NCBI GenBank assembly: GCA_045544995.1
Contig: JAZQAE010000167.1
Coordinates: forward strand, 1,218 to 65,217
Source of the DNA: Eubacteriales bacterium
GTDB taxonomy: Bacteria > Bacillota > Clostridia > Oscillospirales > QAKW01
Length of the DNA: 64,000 nt
Reading direction: 5' to 3'
In this document: positions 6,638 through 15,600 of the stretch, one piece after another
Layout of the letters: every line of letters begins with the position of its first letter
How positions within the stretch are numbered: the first letter of the stretch is position 1
Translations under genes and position numbers: made by a program
Notes under the pieces: model-generated
Seen by the model: only the letters and a program-made list of their open reading frames with translations
Databases searched by the model: none
What the model was told of the DNA's origin: nothing

Positions 6638-8485
6638 TTGATACATTATTTTGTTTCCATAACGTTTACCGTACAGGCCGTCGTAGACCAGAAGGAGATA
6701 TTCCTCCCACTTCTTTTGAACAGTCTCCGGCACCTGATATGCCAGGGTGCCGTCGGCGGTGAGGGTCAACTGCCGGGTGACGCCCCGAATCTCTTCAAAG
6801 AGGGTATCCATATAGGCATGGAAGACCGGTCGTTCCATCCCCAGCATCCGGGTCATATAGGGCACCAGATGGAACATGGAAAGGGTCTCCTTGGCAGCGG
6901 TGGGTTGTTCCTCAAAGTTATTCCAGATGAGATAGGGGGTGGACTGGGTCCTCTGCATCCCCTCCACCGTTCCGGCCCCACCGGCATAGCCGATCCGTTC
7001 CGCCAGTTGGGCGGTATCGGTGCCCAAGGCCGGGATGTGGTCGCCGAAGAAGAGAATTACCGTCGGCTCTTCCTGCTTAGAGAAATAATCCACCAAAGCG
7101 CCCAAAGCCTCATCCGCCTGGGTCAGGCCGGTAGCATAGGTACGGATGGCTTCATATTCGTCCGTCGTCAGTTCCGCCTCCGAGGTCAGCCCCACCGTCT
7201 CTTCAAAATCTCCGACAGGGTACGAGGCATGGTTCTGCATCGACACCGCATGACAGAAAAATCCTTGGTCGGTGGACTGGTTTTTCTCGTACTCGGCGAT
7301 GATCCGCTCGGTCAACGCCATATCGGAGATATACTGTTCACTGCGCACCCGCTCCGCATTCTCAAAGTGCTCTTCACTGTAGAAATCATCAAATCCCAAT
7401 ACGGTATATGCCTTATCCCGGCTGAAAAAAGTACGCTGGTAAGGATGCAGTGCCACCGTATAATAGTCCCGGCTATTGAGATAAGAAACGTAGCTGTCCA
7501 CGTCCCGATTGACCACGTTCATATAGGCGATGGTGCCGGAGGGAAGCTGATAGGTGGAATAGCCGGTCAATACCTCGTACTCCGAATTGGCAGTTCCGCC
7601 GCCAAATTCACTGGTCAAGCACCGTCCGGAGAGGTACTGCTCTTTCAAACGGTTAAAATTAGGGGTGAGTTCCCGATCAAAATGCAGTTTTTCCGCCGAC
7701 TCCAGATCCACAAAGGCTTCGCTCATCCAGATAATAACGTTGGCTTTTGTGCCGTCGGTTGCTTTCAGGTCTGCCAAGGTCTCCTGCACCGCTTTTTCTC
7801 CATAATTCTCCGGCTCTTTCACCTCGGCAGAATATCCGGCAGCGGCAAAGGAATATAAGAATCCCTGCTGACGGTAACTGCCTTTCGGATTCCAGGATAT
7901 GAAGGTAATTCCCTTTTCCTCAAGATAATCCGGACTCAACAGCATGAAACCGCTGACCAAAACCACCGCTCCGCACAGGAGTGCAGCCAAGGCTTCTTTC
8001 CAATAGGCGGTGCGGATCTTTTTCATCAGGAAAACGTCCGCCAGAATGGCCGCCGTCAGTCCTAAAAGAACGTACACTGCCCCCACGATCATTGGGGGTG
8101 AAAACTGAAACTCCATGGAGGAGGCAATATTGCCCACCTCTCCCAAAAGGGTCAGATCCCAGGGATAGACCGGCTCGTTTCGGAAGATCATCTTCATGGC
8201 GTTGGCCAGATGAAATCCAAAATATGCCACGCTGACCAAGCCCACAGAAACGGAGATCTTCCGCACAAGAAATCCCAACGCCGTCAGCAAAAAGAAGACT
8301 AAAAAGGCGCTGTTCCAAAGGGCGGTCTTGCCCCAGGAACTCAAAAGAAACTCTTTGAAATTTCCCAGGCTTTGCTGAGCCGCCGCCTCGCTGATCAAAA
8401 CCAGTCCGCAGGCATACACCGCCAGAGCAAAAATCCCTGCCGTCCAAAGCCAGAATCTTTTACTTTTCAATAATCGTTTTAACAT
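6635..8485 (-). CDS. LTA synthase/sulfatase-family membrane protein (phosphoglycerol-transferase-like)
   Basis: About five N-terminal TM helices, followed by an extracellular sulfatase-type domain (NVIIWMSEAF, GGGTANSEYEVLTGYS, MQNHASY). Confidence 0.75.
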   Translation of the reverse strand: MLKRLLKSKRFWLWTAGIFALAVYACGLVLISEAAAQQSLGNFKEFLLSSWGKTALWNSAFLVFFLLTALGFLVRKISVSVGLVSVAYFGFHLANAMKMIFRNEPVYPWDLTLLGEVGNIASSMEFQFSPPMIVGAVYVLLGLTAAILADVFLMKKIRTAYWKEALAALLCGAVVLVSGFMLLSPDYLEEKGITFISWNPKGSYRQQGFLYSFAAAGYSAEVKEPENYGEKAVQETLADLKATDGTKANVIIWMSEAFVDLESAEKLHFDRELTPNFNRLKEQYLSGRCLTSEFGGGTANSEYEVLTGYSTYQLPSGTIAYMNVVNRDVDSYVSYLNSRDYYTVALHPYQRTFFSRDKAYTVLGFDDFYSEEHFENAERVRSEQYISDMALTERIIAEYEKNQSTDQGFFCHAVSMQNHASYPVGDFEETVGLTSEAELTTDEYEAIRTYATGLTQADEALGALVDYFSKQEEPTVILFFGDHIPALGTDTAQLAERIGYAGGAGTVEGMQRTQSTPYLIWNNFEEQPTAAKETLSMFHLVPYMTRMLGMERPVFHAYMDTLFEEIRGVTRQLTLTADGTLAYQVPETVQKKWEEYLLLVYDGLYGKRYGNKIMYQ

Positions 8486-8520
8486 CTTTTAAAAAGGCTG
8501 TGCGCTGAGCGCACAGCCTT
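8486..8520 (-). terminator. Intrinsic terminator after pgsA
   Basis: A 12-bp stem aaggctgtgcgc/gcgcacagcctt, followed by a T-run on the minus strand. Confidence 0.7.
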
Positions 8521-8529
8521 CCTCTCTTT

Positions 8530-9126
8530 TTATTTTCTATAATCTACGTATTTCCAGTTTTGAATGAGATATTCCATGCCGGAAATAATCGTCAGCAACG
8601 TAGCAATATAGATCATCGCCGTTCCGAAAATGGCGGTGGTAGCAGGGGTAGCGCCGGTCAAGACCGGAAGACCCAGCCCATATTCCCACTCGCCCAGGAG
8701 AACCGGTTCCACCATCAAAAGCAGGGTGGCGATCATCTGGGTCACCGTCTTGGCTTTTCCCCACCAACCGGCGGCGATCACCTTGCCGGCAGAACTGGCG
8801 GCGATCAGACGAATAGAGGTCACCATCAGTTCACGGGCAATAATCACCACCGTCACAACCGGGTGAATCAAACCCATATGCTGCAACAGCACCAATGCGG
8901 TGATGACCAGCATCTTATCCGCCAAGGGGTCTAAGAATTTGCCGAAGTCTGTCACCTGATTATTCTTACGAGCCAGATTGCCGTCCAAGGCATCGGTGGC
9001 TGATGCGATGGCATAGACGGCCGCACCCAGCAAGGGCCCCCAAGGATAGGGCGCCAAGAGCAAGATCCCCATAAAAAGAGGGATCATCAATACACGTAAT
9101 AGGGTCAATTTATTGGGTAAATTCAT
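8530..9126 (-). CDS. pgsA: CDP-diacylglycerol--glycerol-3-phosphate 3-phosphatidyltransferase
   Basis: CDP-alcohol phosphatidyltransferase motif DALDGNLARKNNQVTDFGKFLDPLADK. Length and TM pattern are typical. Confidence 0.85.
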   Translation of the reverse strand: MNLPNKLTLLRVLMIPLFMGILLLAPYPWGPLLGAAVYAIASATDALDGNLARKNNQVTDFGKFLDPLADKMLVITALVLLQHMGLIHPVVTVVIIARELMVTSIRLIAASSAGKVIAAGWWGKAKTVTQMIATLLLMVEPVLLGEWEYGLGLPVLTGATPATTAIFGTAMIYIATLLTIISGMEYLIQNWKYVDYRK

Positions 9127-10448
9127 CGTTCGATCCTCCCGATCAAGTCAAAGTCCATGGCTTCTTCGATCCGTACGTTCAAAAATTCGCCGGCTCGAAT
9201 ACTGCCGTCTCCGGTGAAGAAGATCTTCCCGTCGATATCCGGTGCTTCCATATAACTGCGTCCGTACCAACATTCGCCGAACCGGTCGTAGCCTTCCACC
9301 AGAACCCGGAAGGTCTTGCCCACCATGGCCTGCTGTTTCTTTTCCACAATATCCGCCTGGATGGTCTCCAAAACGTCCCGGCGCCGTTCTTTTACCTCGT
9401 CCGAAATCTGATTCGGCATCTCTGCCGCCGGCGTTCCCTCTTCCTGAGAATAACAAAAGACGCCCAATTTATCGAATTCCGCTTCCTTGACGAAGTTGCA
9501 GAGGGCTTCAAATTCCTCTTCCGTCTCGCCGGGAAATCCGACGATGAGGGTGGTACGAAGAACCACGTTCGGCACCCGACTGCGCAGCTTGCGGATCAGC
9601 TCCATCAACGTTTTTTCGTTCCCCGGACGTTTCATTCGGGTAAGCACCGAGCCCACCGCATGCTGGATGGGCATTTCCACGTAAGGGAGCAATTTCTTTT
9701 CTTCTGCAAAAAGGTCGATCAATTCCTGATTGATCTTATCGGGATAGAGATACAGCAGACGGATCCACTCGAGTTCTTCGATCTTCCCGATCTCCCGGAT
9801 CAATTCCGCAAGGCGCCGGCGACCATATCGTTCCATGCCATAGTTGGTGGTGTCCTGGGCAATCAGGATCAGTTCCTTGCACCCGCCCTCTGCCAGTTTT
9901 TCGGCTTCGGCGACGATCCTACTAAAAGACCGGCTCTTGAACGGCCCCCGGATCTCCGGAATACAGCAGTAAGCGCATCGATTATTACAACCGTCTGCAA
10001 TTTTAAGATAGGCGGTCTCCGGCGGTGTGGTCAGCACCCGCTCTCCCTCCAACTGGAGGTTTTCCTTGGGATCGAACCACGTTACACGCTCCCCGTCCAA
10101 GACCTTTTCCACCGCCTCGGTGATCCGCTGGAAGGACCCGACGCCCAAAAAGCCGTCCACTTCGGGAATCTCTTCGGCGATCTCACTCTGATAGCGTTCA
10201 GAGAGGCATCCGGCCACGATGATCTTTTCCACCTTACCCTCTGCCTTTAACTGCGCCACCTCAAAAATGGTCTCCAACGCTTCCTGCTTGGCGCTTTCAA
10301 TAAAGCCGCAGGTATTAATGACCACTACTTGGGTCTCTTCCAGATCGCTGACCAGTTCATAGCCGGCATCCCGGCAGGCAGCGATCATCATTTCGGTATT
10401 GATGGTGTTTTTCTCACACCCCAACCCGATAAAACCAACTTTAATCAT
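9123..10448 (-). CDS. rimO: Ribosomal protein S12 methylthiotransferase (MiaB/RimO family radical SAM)
   Basis: [15 protein letters not shown]-terminus, a CNNRCAYC radical-SAM cluster motif, and a C-terminal TRAM-like domain. The start was chosen at MIKV (10448). The ORF is open up to 10490. Confidence 0.75.
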   Translation of the reverse strand: MIKVGFIGLGCEKNTINTEMMIAACRDAGYELVSDLEETQVVVINTCGFIESAKQEALETIFEVAQLKAEGKVEKIIVAGCLSERYQSEIAEEIPEVDGFLGVGSFQRITEAVEKVLDGERVTWFDPKENLQLEGERVLTTPPETAYLKIADGCNNRCAYCCIPEIRGPFKSRSFSRIVAEAEKLAEGGCKELILIAQDTTNYGMERYGRRRLAELIREIGKIEELEWIRLLYLYPDKINQELIDLFAEEKKLLPYVEMPIQHAVGSVLTRMKRPGNEKTLMELIRKLRSRVPNVVLRTTLIVGFPGETEEEFEALCNFVKEAEFDKLGVFCYSQEEGTPAAEMPNQISDEVKERRRDVLETIQADIVEKKQQAMVGKTFRVLVEGYDRFGECWYGRSYMEAPDIDGKIFFTGDGSIRAGEFLNVRIEEAMDFDLIGRIER

Positions 10449-11067
10449 CGTCGTATTCATCCAATCTGATGTCCTCGTATTGAAACCCAAGGCGCAAAAG
10501 ACCTTGGACGACCTTTTGGCGAACCTTTCGATCCGTCAGGTCATAGCTCCGGTATTTGGTGGAAAGATGGTAGCGCACCGATTCGGTATAGTCCACCTCT
10601 AATTCCTCTACCGCTTCCTGGGCATTCTCCATGGGGATTCCCCGTTGCAAAAGCTCCGGCAGGATCCGCCGGGGTCCCCAGTATTTTCCCTCGGCAAACC
10701 GCTCTGCCAGGCGACGGGCCAGACGGGCATCGTCCAAAAAGCCCTTTTCCTCCATGGCATCGCAGGTGGCCTCCGCCACTTCCGGACGGATGCCGAACCG
10801 GGTCAATTTCTCATAGAGTTTTTTTCGGCTCAGGTCTCCGTAACCCAAGTACTGATAGGCCTTCTCCTTGGCAGGAATTAATTCCGCCGCCAAGGTCAGG
10901 GCTTCCAGTTCCTGCTCTCCGAAGGGAGCCCCCACGTAGAGATCCTGCTGGAGAACCAGCTCCAGGGGCAGGGTGATGTAGAACGCTCCGTCCACGTAAA
11001 GATCCCGTTTTGCCGGGTCGTCCTTATGGGGCAAGAGGTCTGTAATGACCGGCTTATTCAAAGTCAT
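10441..11067 (-). CDS. recX: Recombination regulator RecX
   Basis: It lies immediately downstream of recA and overlaps it. Repeated three-helix segments ([32 protein letters not shown]...) are typical of RecX. Confidence 0.75.
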   Translation of the reverse strand: MTLNKPVITDLLPHKDDPAKRDLYVDGAFYITLPLELVLQQDLYVGAPFGEQELEALTLAAELIPAKEKAYQYLGYGDLSRKKLYEKLTRFGIRPEVAEATCDAMEEKGFLDDARLARRLAERFAEGKYWGPRRILPELLQRGIPMENAQEAVEELEVDYTESVRYHLSTKYRSYDLTDRKVRQKVVQGLLRLGFQYEDIRLDEYDDD

Positions 11068-12154
11068 CCGCAGAAACGTCTAAAGAGACGGCCGGCTTGA
11101 CCGGCTCCTCTGCTGCAGGAGCAGCCGCCGCAGCCTTTTTAGGTTTGCTGACCTTGCTGTCCATCTCACGGAGCTTATCAAAGTTCTCCCGGATCTTCTG
11201 TTCTAATTCATTGGCAATATCGGGGTTTTCACGCAGGAACAGCTTGGCGTTATCCCGGCCCTGGCCGATGCGGGTGTCCATATAGGAGAACCAAGCGCCG
11301 CTCTTCTTGACGAACTTGAGCTTCTCACCCAGATCCAGCAGTTCGCCTTCCTTGGAGATGCCTTCTCCATACATAATATCAAAGGTTGCCACCTTAAAGG
11401 GAGGCGCCACCTTATTCTTGACGATCTTACACTTGGTAGCACTACCCACCATCTCACCGCCGGATTTCAAGGTCTCGGTGCGGCGAACGTCGATCCGGAC
11501 GGAAGAATAGAACTTCAGCGCATTACCGCCGGTGGTGGTCTCGGGGTTGCCGTACATCACGCCGATCTTCATCCGCAACTGGTTGATAAAGATAGCCACG
11601 CAGTTGGTCTTTGCCAAAACGCCGGTCAGCTTTCTGAGCGCCTGGCTCATCAGCCGTGCCTGCAGACCCACGTGGGAATCTCCCATCTCACCTTCGATCT
11701 CCGAACGGGGGGTCAAAGCTGCCACGGAGTCCACGACCACCAGGTCGATGGCGCCGGAGCGCACCAACTGCTCGGTGATCTCCAAGGCCTGCTCGCCGTA
11801 GTCCGGCTGAGAGACCAAAAGGTTATCCACGTCCACACCCAGATCTGCCGCATAAACGGGATCCAGGGCGTGCTCCGCATCAATAAATGCGACGGTACCG
11901 CCGGCTTTCTGCGCCTCGGCGGCGATATGCAAGGCCACCGTCGTCTTACCGGAAGATTCGGGTCCGTAGATCTCAATAATACGGCCCTTAGGCACACCGC
12001 CGATGCCCAGTGCTAAGTCCAACTGAAGAGAACCGGTGGGAATGACTCCCACGTTCATATGGGTATTATCCCCCAATTTCATAACGGCGCCGGCGCCGAA
12101 CTGCTTTTCGATCTGCTCTAATGCAATCGCCAGAGCATCTTTTCTATCTGCCAT
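11054..12154 (-). CDS. recA: Recombinase RecA
   Basis: GPESSGKTT Walker A, ALDPVYA, and the [38 protein letters not shown] signature. Confidence 0.98.
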   Translation of the reverse strand: MADRKDALAIALEQIEKQFGAGAVMKLGDNTHMNVGVIPTGSLQLDLALGIGGVPKGRIIEIYGPESSGKTTVALHIAAEAQKAGGTVAFIDAEHALDPVYAADLGVDVDNLLVSQPDYGEQALEITEQLVRSGAIDLVVVDSVAALTPRSEIEGEMGDSHVGLQARLMSQALRKLTGVLAKTNCVAIFINQLRMKIGVMYGNPETTTGGNALKFYSSVRIDVRRTETLKSGGEMVGSATKCKIVKNKVAPPFKVATFDIMYGEGISKEGELLDLGEKLKFVKKSGAWFSYMDTRIGQGRDNAKLFLRENPDIANELEQKIRENFDKLREMDSKVSKPKKAAAAAPAAEEPVKPAVSLDVSADDFE

Positions 12155-12190
12155 GGTAGAATTCTCCTTTATACATACTTATATATAATA

Positions 12191-12219
12191 ATTATATAAT
12201 AGAACGCCCCGGATTGCAA
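12191..12219 (-). promoter_or_regulatory. recA promoter (TTGCAA-17-TATAAT)
   Basis: Read on the minus strand upstream of recA. Confidence 0.5.
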
Positions 12220-12253
12220 GAAAAAAGTACGGTCTGAAATGACCGTACTTTTT
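12220..12253 (-). terminator. Intrinsic terminator
   Basis: A 13-bp stem aaaaagtacggtc/gaccgtacttttt, followed by T6 on the minus strand. Confidence 0.75.
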
Positions 12254-12929
12254 AATTCAATTCACGTAAGAGCAAAACGGCATCGGCAATATTTAAAGAT
12301 CCGTTGCCGTCCCAATCCAACATATCAATACGTTCCTCCTTGGTGGGCTTACCAATCAGGTGACGCATAATCTCGATGGCATGAAAAGTGGAAAGCGCTT
12401 CGTCCGTTCCCACGCAGACTTGTCCCCCTTTATAAATGGGATACACATTTGGTGGAGCGTCTTGCCCCTCCGGGATTTCTATCACAAATGGAACAAAAGA
12501 GGAAAAATAAATAGGCGTTACTCTTGTTCCAAAATAACCGGGCGTCTCTGCTTTAATCCGAAAAACAACGTCTACCAAATGCGTATTGCCGGAAAACAAT
12601 GGGCTGCCTAACGCCATCGCTGCCATTTCCATAAACACCACTGTCTTTCCGCCATACTCATACGAAAGTTTCACCTGCTGGAACTCTGTGTTAATATCCA
12701 CTTTTGCATCAACCCCAACCGGCTCTAAGATCGCCGGATCATATTCCAAAAGCAGATAAAAAGCCTGACTCTCCGGGGCATTCTCCGTGATGGCGGAAAC
12801 CGTCACCAGATCCCCCACGTTACCGGAGCCACCTTCTAAGCGCAGACGGACTTCGTCTTCCGCCGTAACCGTCGGTACCATCGCAAAAATCAGCGCAACG
12901 GCCACCAAGATCCATCCCATTCTTTTCAT
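12252..12929 (-). CDS. Secreted protein with cohesin-like N-terminal module and dockerin-like C-terminus
   Basis: Signal peptide. RLRLEGGSGNVGDLVTVSAITENAPESQAFYLLLEYDPAILEPVGV fits a cohesin pattern. The C-terminal ...ALSTFHAIEIMRHLIGK...DWDGNGSLNIADAVLLLRELN resembles dockerin F-hand repeats. Confidence 0.55.
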   Translation of the reverse strand: MKRMGWILVAVALIFAMVPTVTAEDEVRLRLEGGSGNVGDLVTVSAITENAPESQAFYLLLEYDPAILEPVGVDAKVDINTEFQQVKLSYEYGGKTVVFMEMAAMALGSPLFSGNTHLVDVVFRIKAETPGYFGTRVTPIYFSSFVPFVIEIPEGQDAPPNVYPIYKGGQVCVGTDEALSTFHAIEIMRHLIGKPTKEERIDMLDWDGNGSLNIADAVLLLRELN

Positions 12930-12997
12930 AAGGTGCCTCCTTTCTGTATCTTTCTTATATTAAACCATATTTTCAAGCCAATAGCAAGAACTTTTCC

Positions 12998-13026
12998 TTG
13001 CTTTCCGCTGTTTTCCATACTATAAT
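12998..13026 (+). promoter_or_regulatory. Promoter (TTGCTT-17-TATAAT) for the riboswitch-led operon
   Basis: Read directly from the sequence. Confidence 0.5.
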
Positions 13027-13029
13027 GGG

Positions 13030-13240
13030 GGAAGAAACAACTCCGACGAACAAGGAATGGGGTGTAATTCCCCGGCGATCCCGTCGTCGTGTTGGGCGAG
13101 GATGGCTCATTATCCACTGCGCCGAAAGCGTGGGAAGGAGAGCCTTCTGCTTGAGCCCTCAGCCGAAAGACTTGGCGTCGGAGGATCGGTGCGGCCGCCA
13201 CGATGTATGGCCGCTTTCATTTCGCTCTTTGAGGCAGAAA
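13030..13240 (+). promoter_or_regulatory. Cobalamin (B12) riboswitch with terminator-type expression platform
   Basis: Core-like GGAAUGGGGUGUAAUUCCCCGGCGAUCCCGUCGUCGUG, CCACUG...GGGAAGG, and a B12-box-like GUCGGAGGAUCGGUGC. These are followed by hairpin gcggcc...ggccgc plus a U-rich tail. The downstream genes are of types usually found behind B12 riboswitches. Confidence 0.65.
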
Positions 13241-13306
13241 AAGAGGGGGATGGGAGCGTTGCGCCGGATACGGTCGGTTTCAAAAAATTAAATAAGGAGA
13301 AAAACC

Positions 13307-13699
13307 ATGAAGAAACAAAACTGGCTGATTATCATCAGCGCAATGGTACTGGTAGCACTTTTGGTTGGTGCTGTGTTTCTCTGGAAGGGCTGTTCTGCCA
13401 AGCCTGAAACAGGAAGCAAAGCATTGACATTCGAGGTCGTCCTCCAGGACGGCACCTCCAAGGAATATTCCATCCAAACGGATGCGGAATACTTGGCGGA
13501 CGCCTTGGTGGAGAAAGGCCTTGTGACCTATGCGGAGGATGGGATGTACAACACCATCGCCGGCGTCACAGTCGATTGGAATAAAGACCAGAGTTGGTGG
13601 AACATCAAAAAAGACGGCACCGCTCTGACGGTGGGGATGAACGCCCAGCCAATCGCCGATGGAGAGCATTATGAAGCAGTCTACACCATCGGTTTTTAA
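13307..13699 (+). CDS. DUF4430 (transcobalamin-like) domain lipoprotein/anchored protein
   Basis: N-terminal TM anchor. LTFEVVLQDGTSKEYSIQTDAEYLADALVEKGL...WWNIKKDGTALTVGMNAQPIADGEHYEAVY matches the DUF4430 pattern. Confidence 0.7.
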   Translation: MKKQNWLIIISAMVLVALLVGAVFLWKGCSAKPETGSKALTFEVVLQDGTSKEYSIQTDAEYLADALVEKGLVTYAEDGMYNTIAGVTVDWNKDQSWWNIKKDGTALTVGMNAQPIADGEHYEAVYTIGF

Positions 13700-14180
13700 G
13701 ATCCGGGATCTGACCGCTTTGGCTGTCTTTGCGGCCTTGATGATCGCCTTGCAGGTGGCATTGGCCGGGCTTCCGAATATTGAGATGGTCACCCTTTTGA
13801 TCATCCTCGCCACCGTCCATCTGGGAGCAAAAAGTTTTCTCTCCGTCACCGTTTTTATCCTGGTGGAGGGATTGGTCTATGGATTTGGACTTTGGTGGAT
13901 CAACTATCTGTATGTTTGGCCGATTTTAGTACTCATTGTATTGGCACTTCGCAAATGGAGCCACCCGGTTCTTTGGGCGATGATGGCAGGCATTTATGGC
14001 CTTTCCTTCGGCACCCTCTGCTCCCTGCCCTATTTCATTACCGGTGGCTGGGGCGCAGGAATCGGTTATATCGTCGGCGGAATCCCATACGATATCCCCC
14101 ACTGTATCGGCAATATCGTCCTGACCGCTCTGCTGTGGTATCCCTTGGATCTGGTTCTTAAAAAAGTATTACCAAAATAA
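13671..14180 (+). CDS. ECF-type S-component-like membrane protein (possible cobalamin-specific CbrT/BtuM-like)
   Basis: About six TM helices in about 169 aa. The context is a riboswitch plus DUF4430. The start at 13671 has GGAGAG 5 nt upstream. Confidence 0.5.
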   Translation: MKQSTPSVFKIRDLTALAVFAALMIALQVALAGLPNIEMVTLLIILATVHLGAKSFLSVTVFILVEGLVYGFGLWWINYLYVWPILVLIVLALRKWSHPVLWAMMAGIYGLSFGTLCSLPYFITGGWGAGIGYIVGGIPYDIPHCIGNIVLTALLWYPLDLVLKKVLPK

Positions 14181-14181
14181 T

Positions 14182-14219
14182 AAAATGCACGGTGTGCTTT
14201 CGCACACCCTGCATTTTTT
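14182..14219. terminator. Bidirectional intrinsic terminator
   Basis: Long stem aaaatgcacggtgtgc/gcacaccctgcatttt (one mismatch), flanked by an A-run and a T-run. Confidence 0.75.
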
Positions 14220-15600
14220 ATAATTCTTTCAGGATCTCCTTCAAAAGAGTCCACGTCCGCTCGGCGGAGGAAAGGGAGAGACGCTCCCGGGGGGAATGAA
14301 TATCCCTCATGTCCGGGCCCAACGACACGCTGTCCAATCCCGGCAATTTTTCTGCCAAAAGCCCGCACTCCAAACCGGCATGGATGGCCAAGACCTTCAT
14401 GTCCTTTCCGGTCAGGTTGCGATAACACCGGCAGACCGCCTCCCGTAAGGGAGACTCCGCCCGATACTCCCAGGCAGGATAACTGCCTTCTTTTTCTGCC
14501 CGGGCGCCCCAGCGCTCCATCAGAAGCACGATCTTTTCTGCCAGGCGATCCCGTTCCGCATTCTTCATACTCCTTAGAGAGGTCAGCACCGTCAGTTCCT
14601 CTTCCCCGGTTTTTACCACACCGCAGTTCAGGGAAGTCTCCACCAGTCCGTCGATCTCACCGCTCCATTCCTGCACCCCGTCCGGCAGCCCTGCAACAAG
14701 GCCGATGGCCCGATCGGAGCAGTCTTTTTGCATCATTCGGGATGCGGTGGAGGTGGTGACGGTCACGGTGAGTTCCGGCTCCCGCTCCCCGTATTCCCGA
14801 CGGAACAGGTTCGTCAGATCTTTGCCGTCCACCGGCTTTTCCATGGCAACCACCGCCGTGGCATAGGGGGTGATGACGTTGGGCTTTTGACCGCCGTTAA
14901 TGGAAATGAGGCGGCAGGGCAGACCGGAGAGGATCTTGCCCAAAAGAATATTGGCATTGGCACGCCCTTGGTGGATCTCCGCACCGCTATGTCCGCCCCG
15001 CAGTCCATCCACCCGAATCTCATAGACCGGCATGGTACAGTCCTCATAAGATAACGGCAGATAGGCCGTCACGTTTTGTCCGCCGGCAGCGGAGACGGTC
15101 AATTCTCCTTCGTCCTCGGAGTCTAAATTCAAAAGCTTCCGTCCGGTGACCCAAGAGGGATCAAAATTCATTGCTCCGTCCATTCCGGTCTCTTCATCCG
15201 TTGTGAAAAAGAGTTCCAACGCCGGATGGGGAATCTTTTCCTCTAAAAGTGCCAGGCAGTAAGCGATGGCGATGCCGTTATCTCCGCCCAAGGTGGTATC
15301 GGTGGCCATCAGCCAATCCCCGTCCCGACGTAATTTCAGCCCGTCGGTCTCAAAGTTATGGGTACTTCCCTCGGTCTTTTCGCAGACCATGTCCAGGTGA
15401 CCCTGCAATACCACCGTCTCATGGTTCTCATAACCGGCGGTGGCCGGAAGGCGGATCAACACGTTATTCCATTCGTCCTGCAACACCTCAAACCCACGCT
15501 CTTTTGCATACTGCACGCAATAATCGCTGATGGCTTTGGTATTGCCGGAACCATGAGGGATGGCCGCCAAGGCTTCAAAGATTTTCAACACTTTTTCCAT
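14218..15600 (-). CDS. pepD: Aminoacyl-histidine dipeptidase (M20C, PepD)
   Basis: IPHGSGNTKAISDY..., VVLQGHLDMVCEK, GGDNGIAIAY and TTDEETGMDGA motifs. The start was set at MEKVLK (15600). Confidence 0.85.
   Translation of the reverse strand: MEKVLKIFEALAAIPHGSGNTKAISDYCVQYAKERGFEVLQDEWNNVLIRLPATAGYENHETVVLQGHLDMVCEKTEGSTHNFETDGLKLRRDGDWLMATDTTLGGDNGIAIAYCLALLEEKIPHPALELFFTTDEETGMDGAMNFDPSWVTGRKLLNLDSEDEGELTVSAAGGQNVTAYLPLSYEDCTMPVYEIRVDGLRGGHSGAEIHQGRANANILLGKILSGLPCRLISINGGQKPNVITPYATAVVAMEKPVDGKDLTNLFRREYGEREPELTVTVTTSTASRMMQKDCSDRAIGLVAGLPDGVQEWSGEIDGLVETSLNCGVVKTGEEELTVLTSLRSMKNAERDRLAEKIVLLMERWGARAEKEGSYPAWEYRAESPLREAVCRCYRNLTGKDMKVLAIHAGLECGLLAEKLPGLDSVSLGPDMRDIHSPRERLSLSSAERTWTLLKEILKEL

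Noticed and set aside
3172-6640. Whether the island could be a prophage remnant or an IS/transposon.
   Set aside because: No integrase, transposase, terminal inverted repeats, tRNA attachment site or flanking direct repeats could be found by eye. Horizontal origin is inferred only from composition.
6638-7858. A 406-aa plus-strand ORF, together with similar long antisense ORFs at 33892-34938, 45144-46040, 46947-48359, 48310-49440, 50177-51283, 54044-54778 and 55246-56187.
   Set aside because: All lie opposite well-supported conserved genes (LtaS-like, gyrA, yidC/jag, ftsZ, M20, ftsQ/murG, murF, murE). They are stop-poor antisense frames of GC-rich coding DNA.
12155-12251. A LexA (Cheo) box GAAC-N4-GTTC upstream of recA.
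   Set aside because: Only a single GAAC half-site (12202-05) lies inside the promoter spacer, with no matching GTTC partner at the right distance.
13280-13849. A 189-aa minus-strand ORF overlapping the DUF4430 and S-component genes.
   Set aside because: It is antisense to a riboswitch-led operon that has good RBSs and family-typical sequences. It has no independent support.
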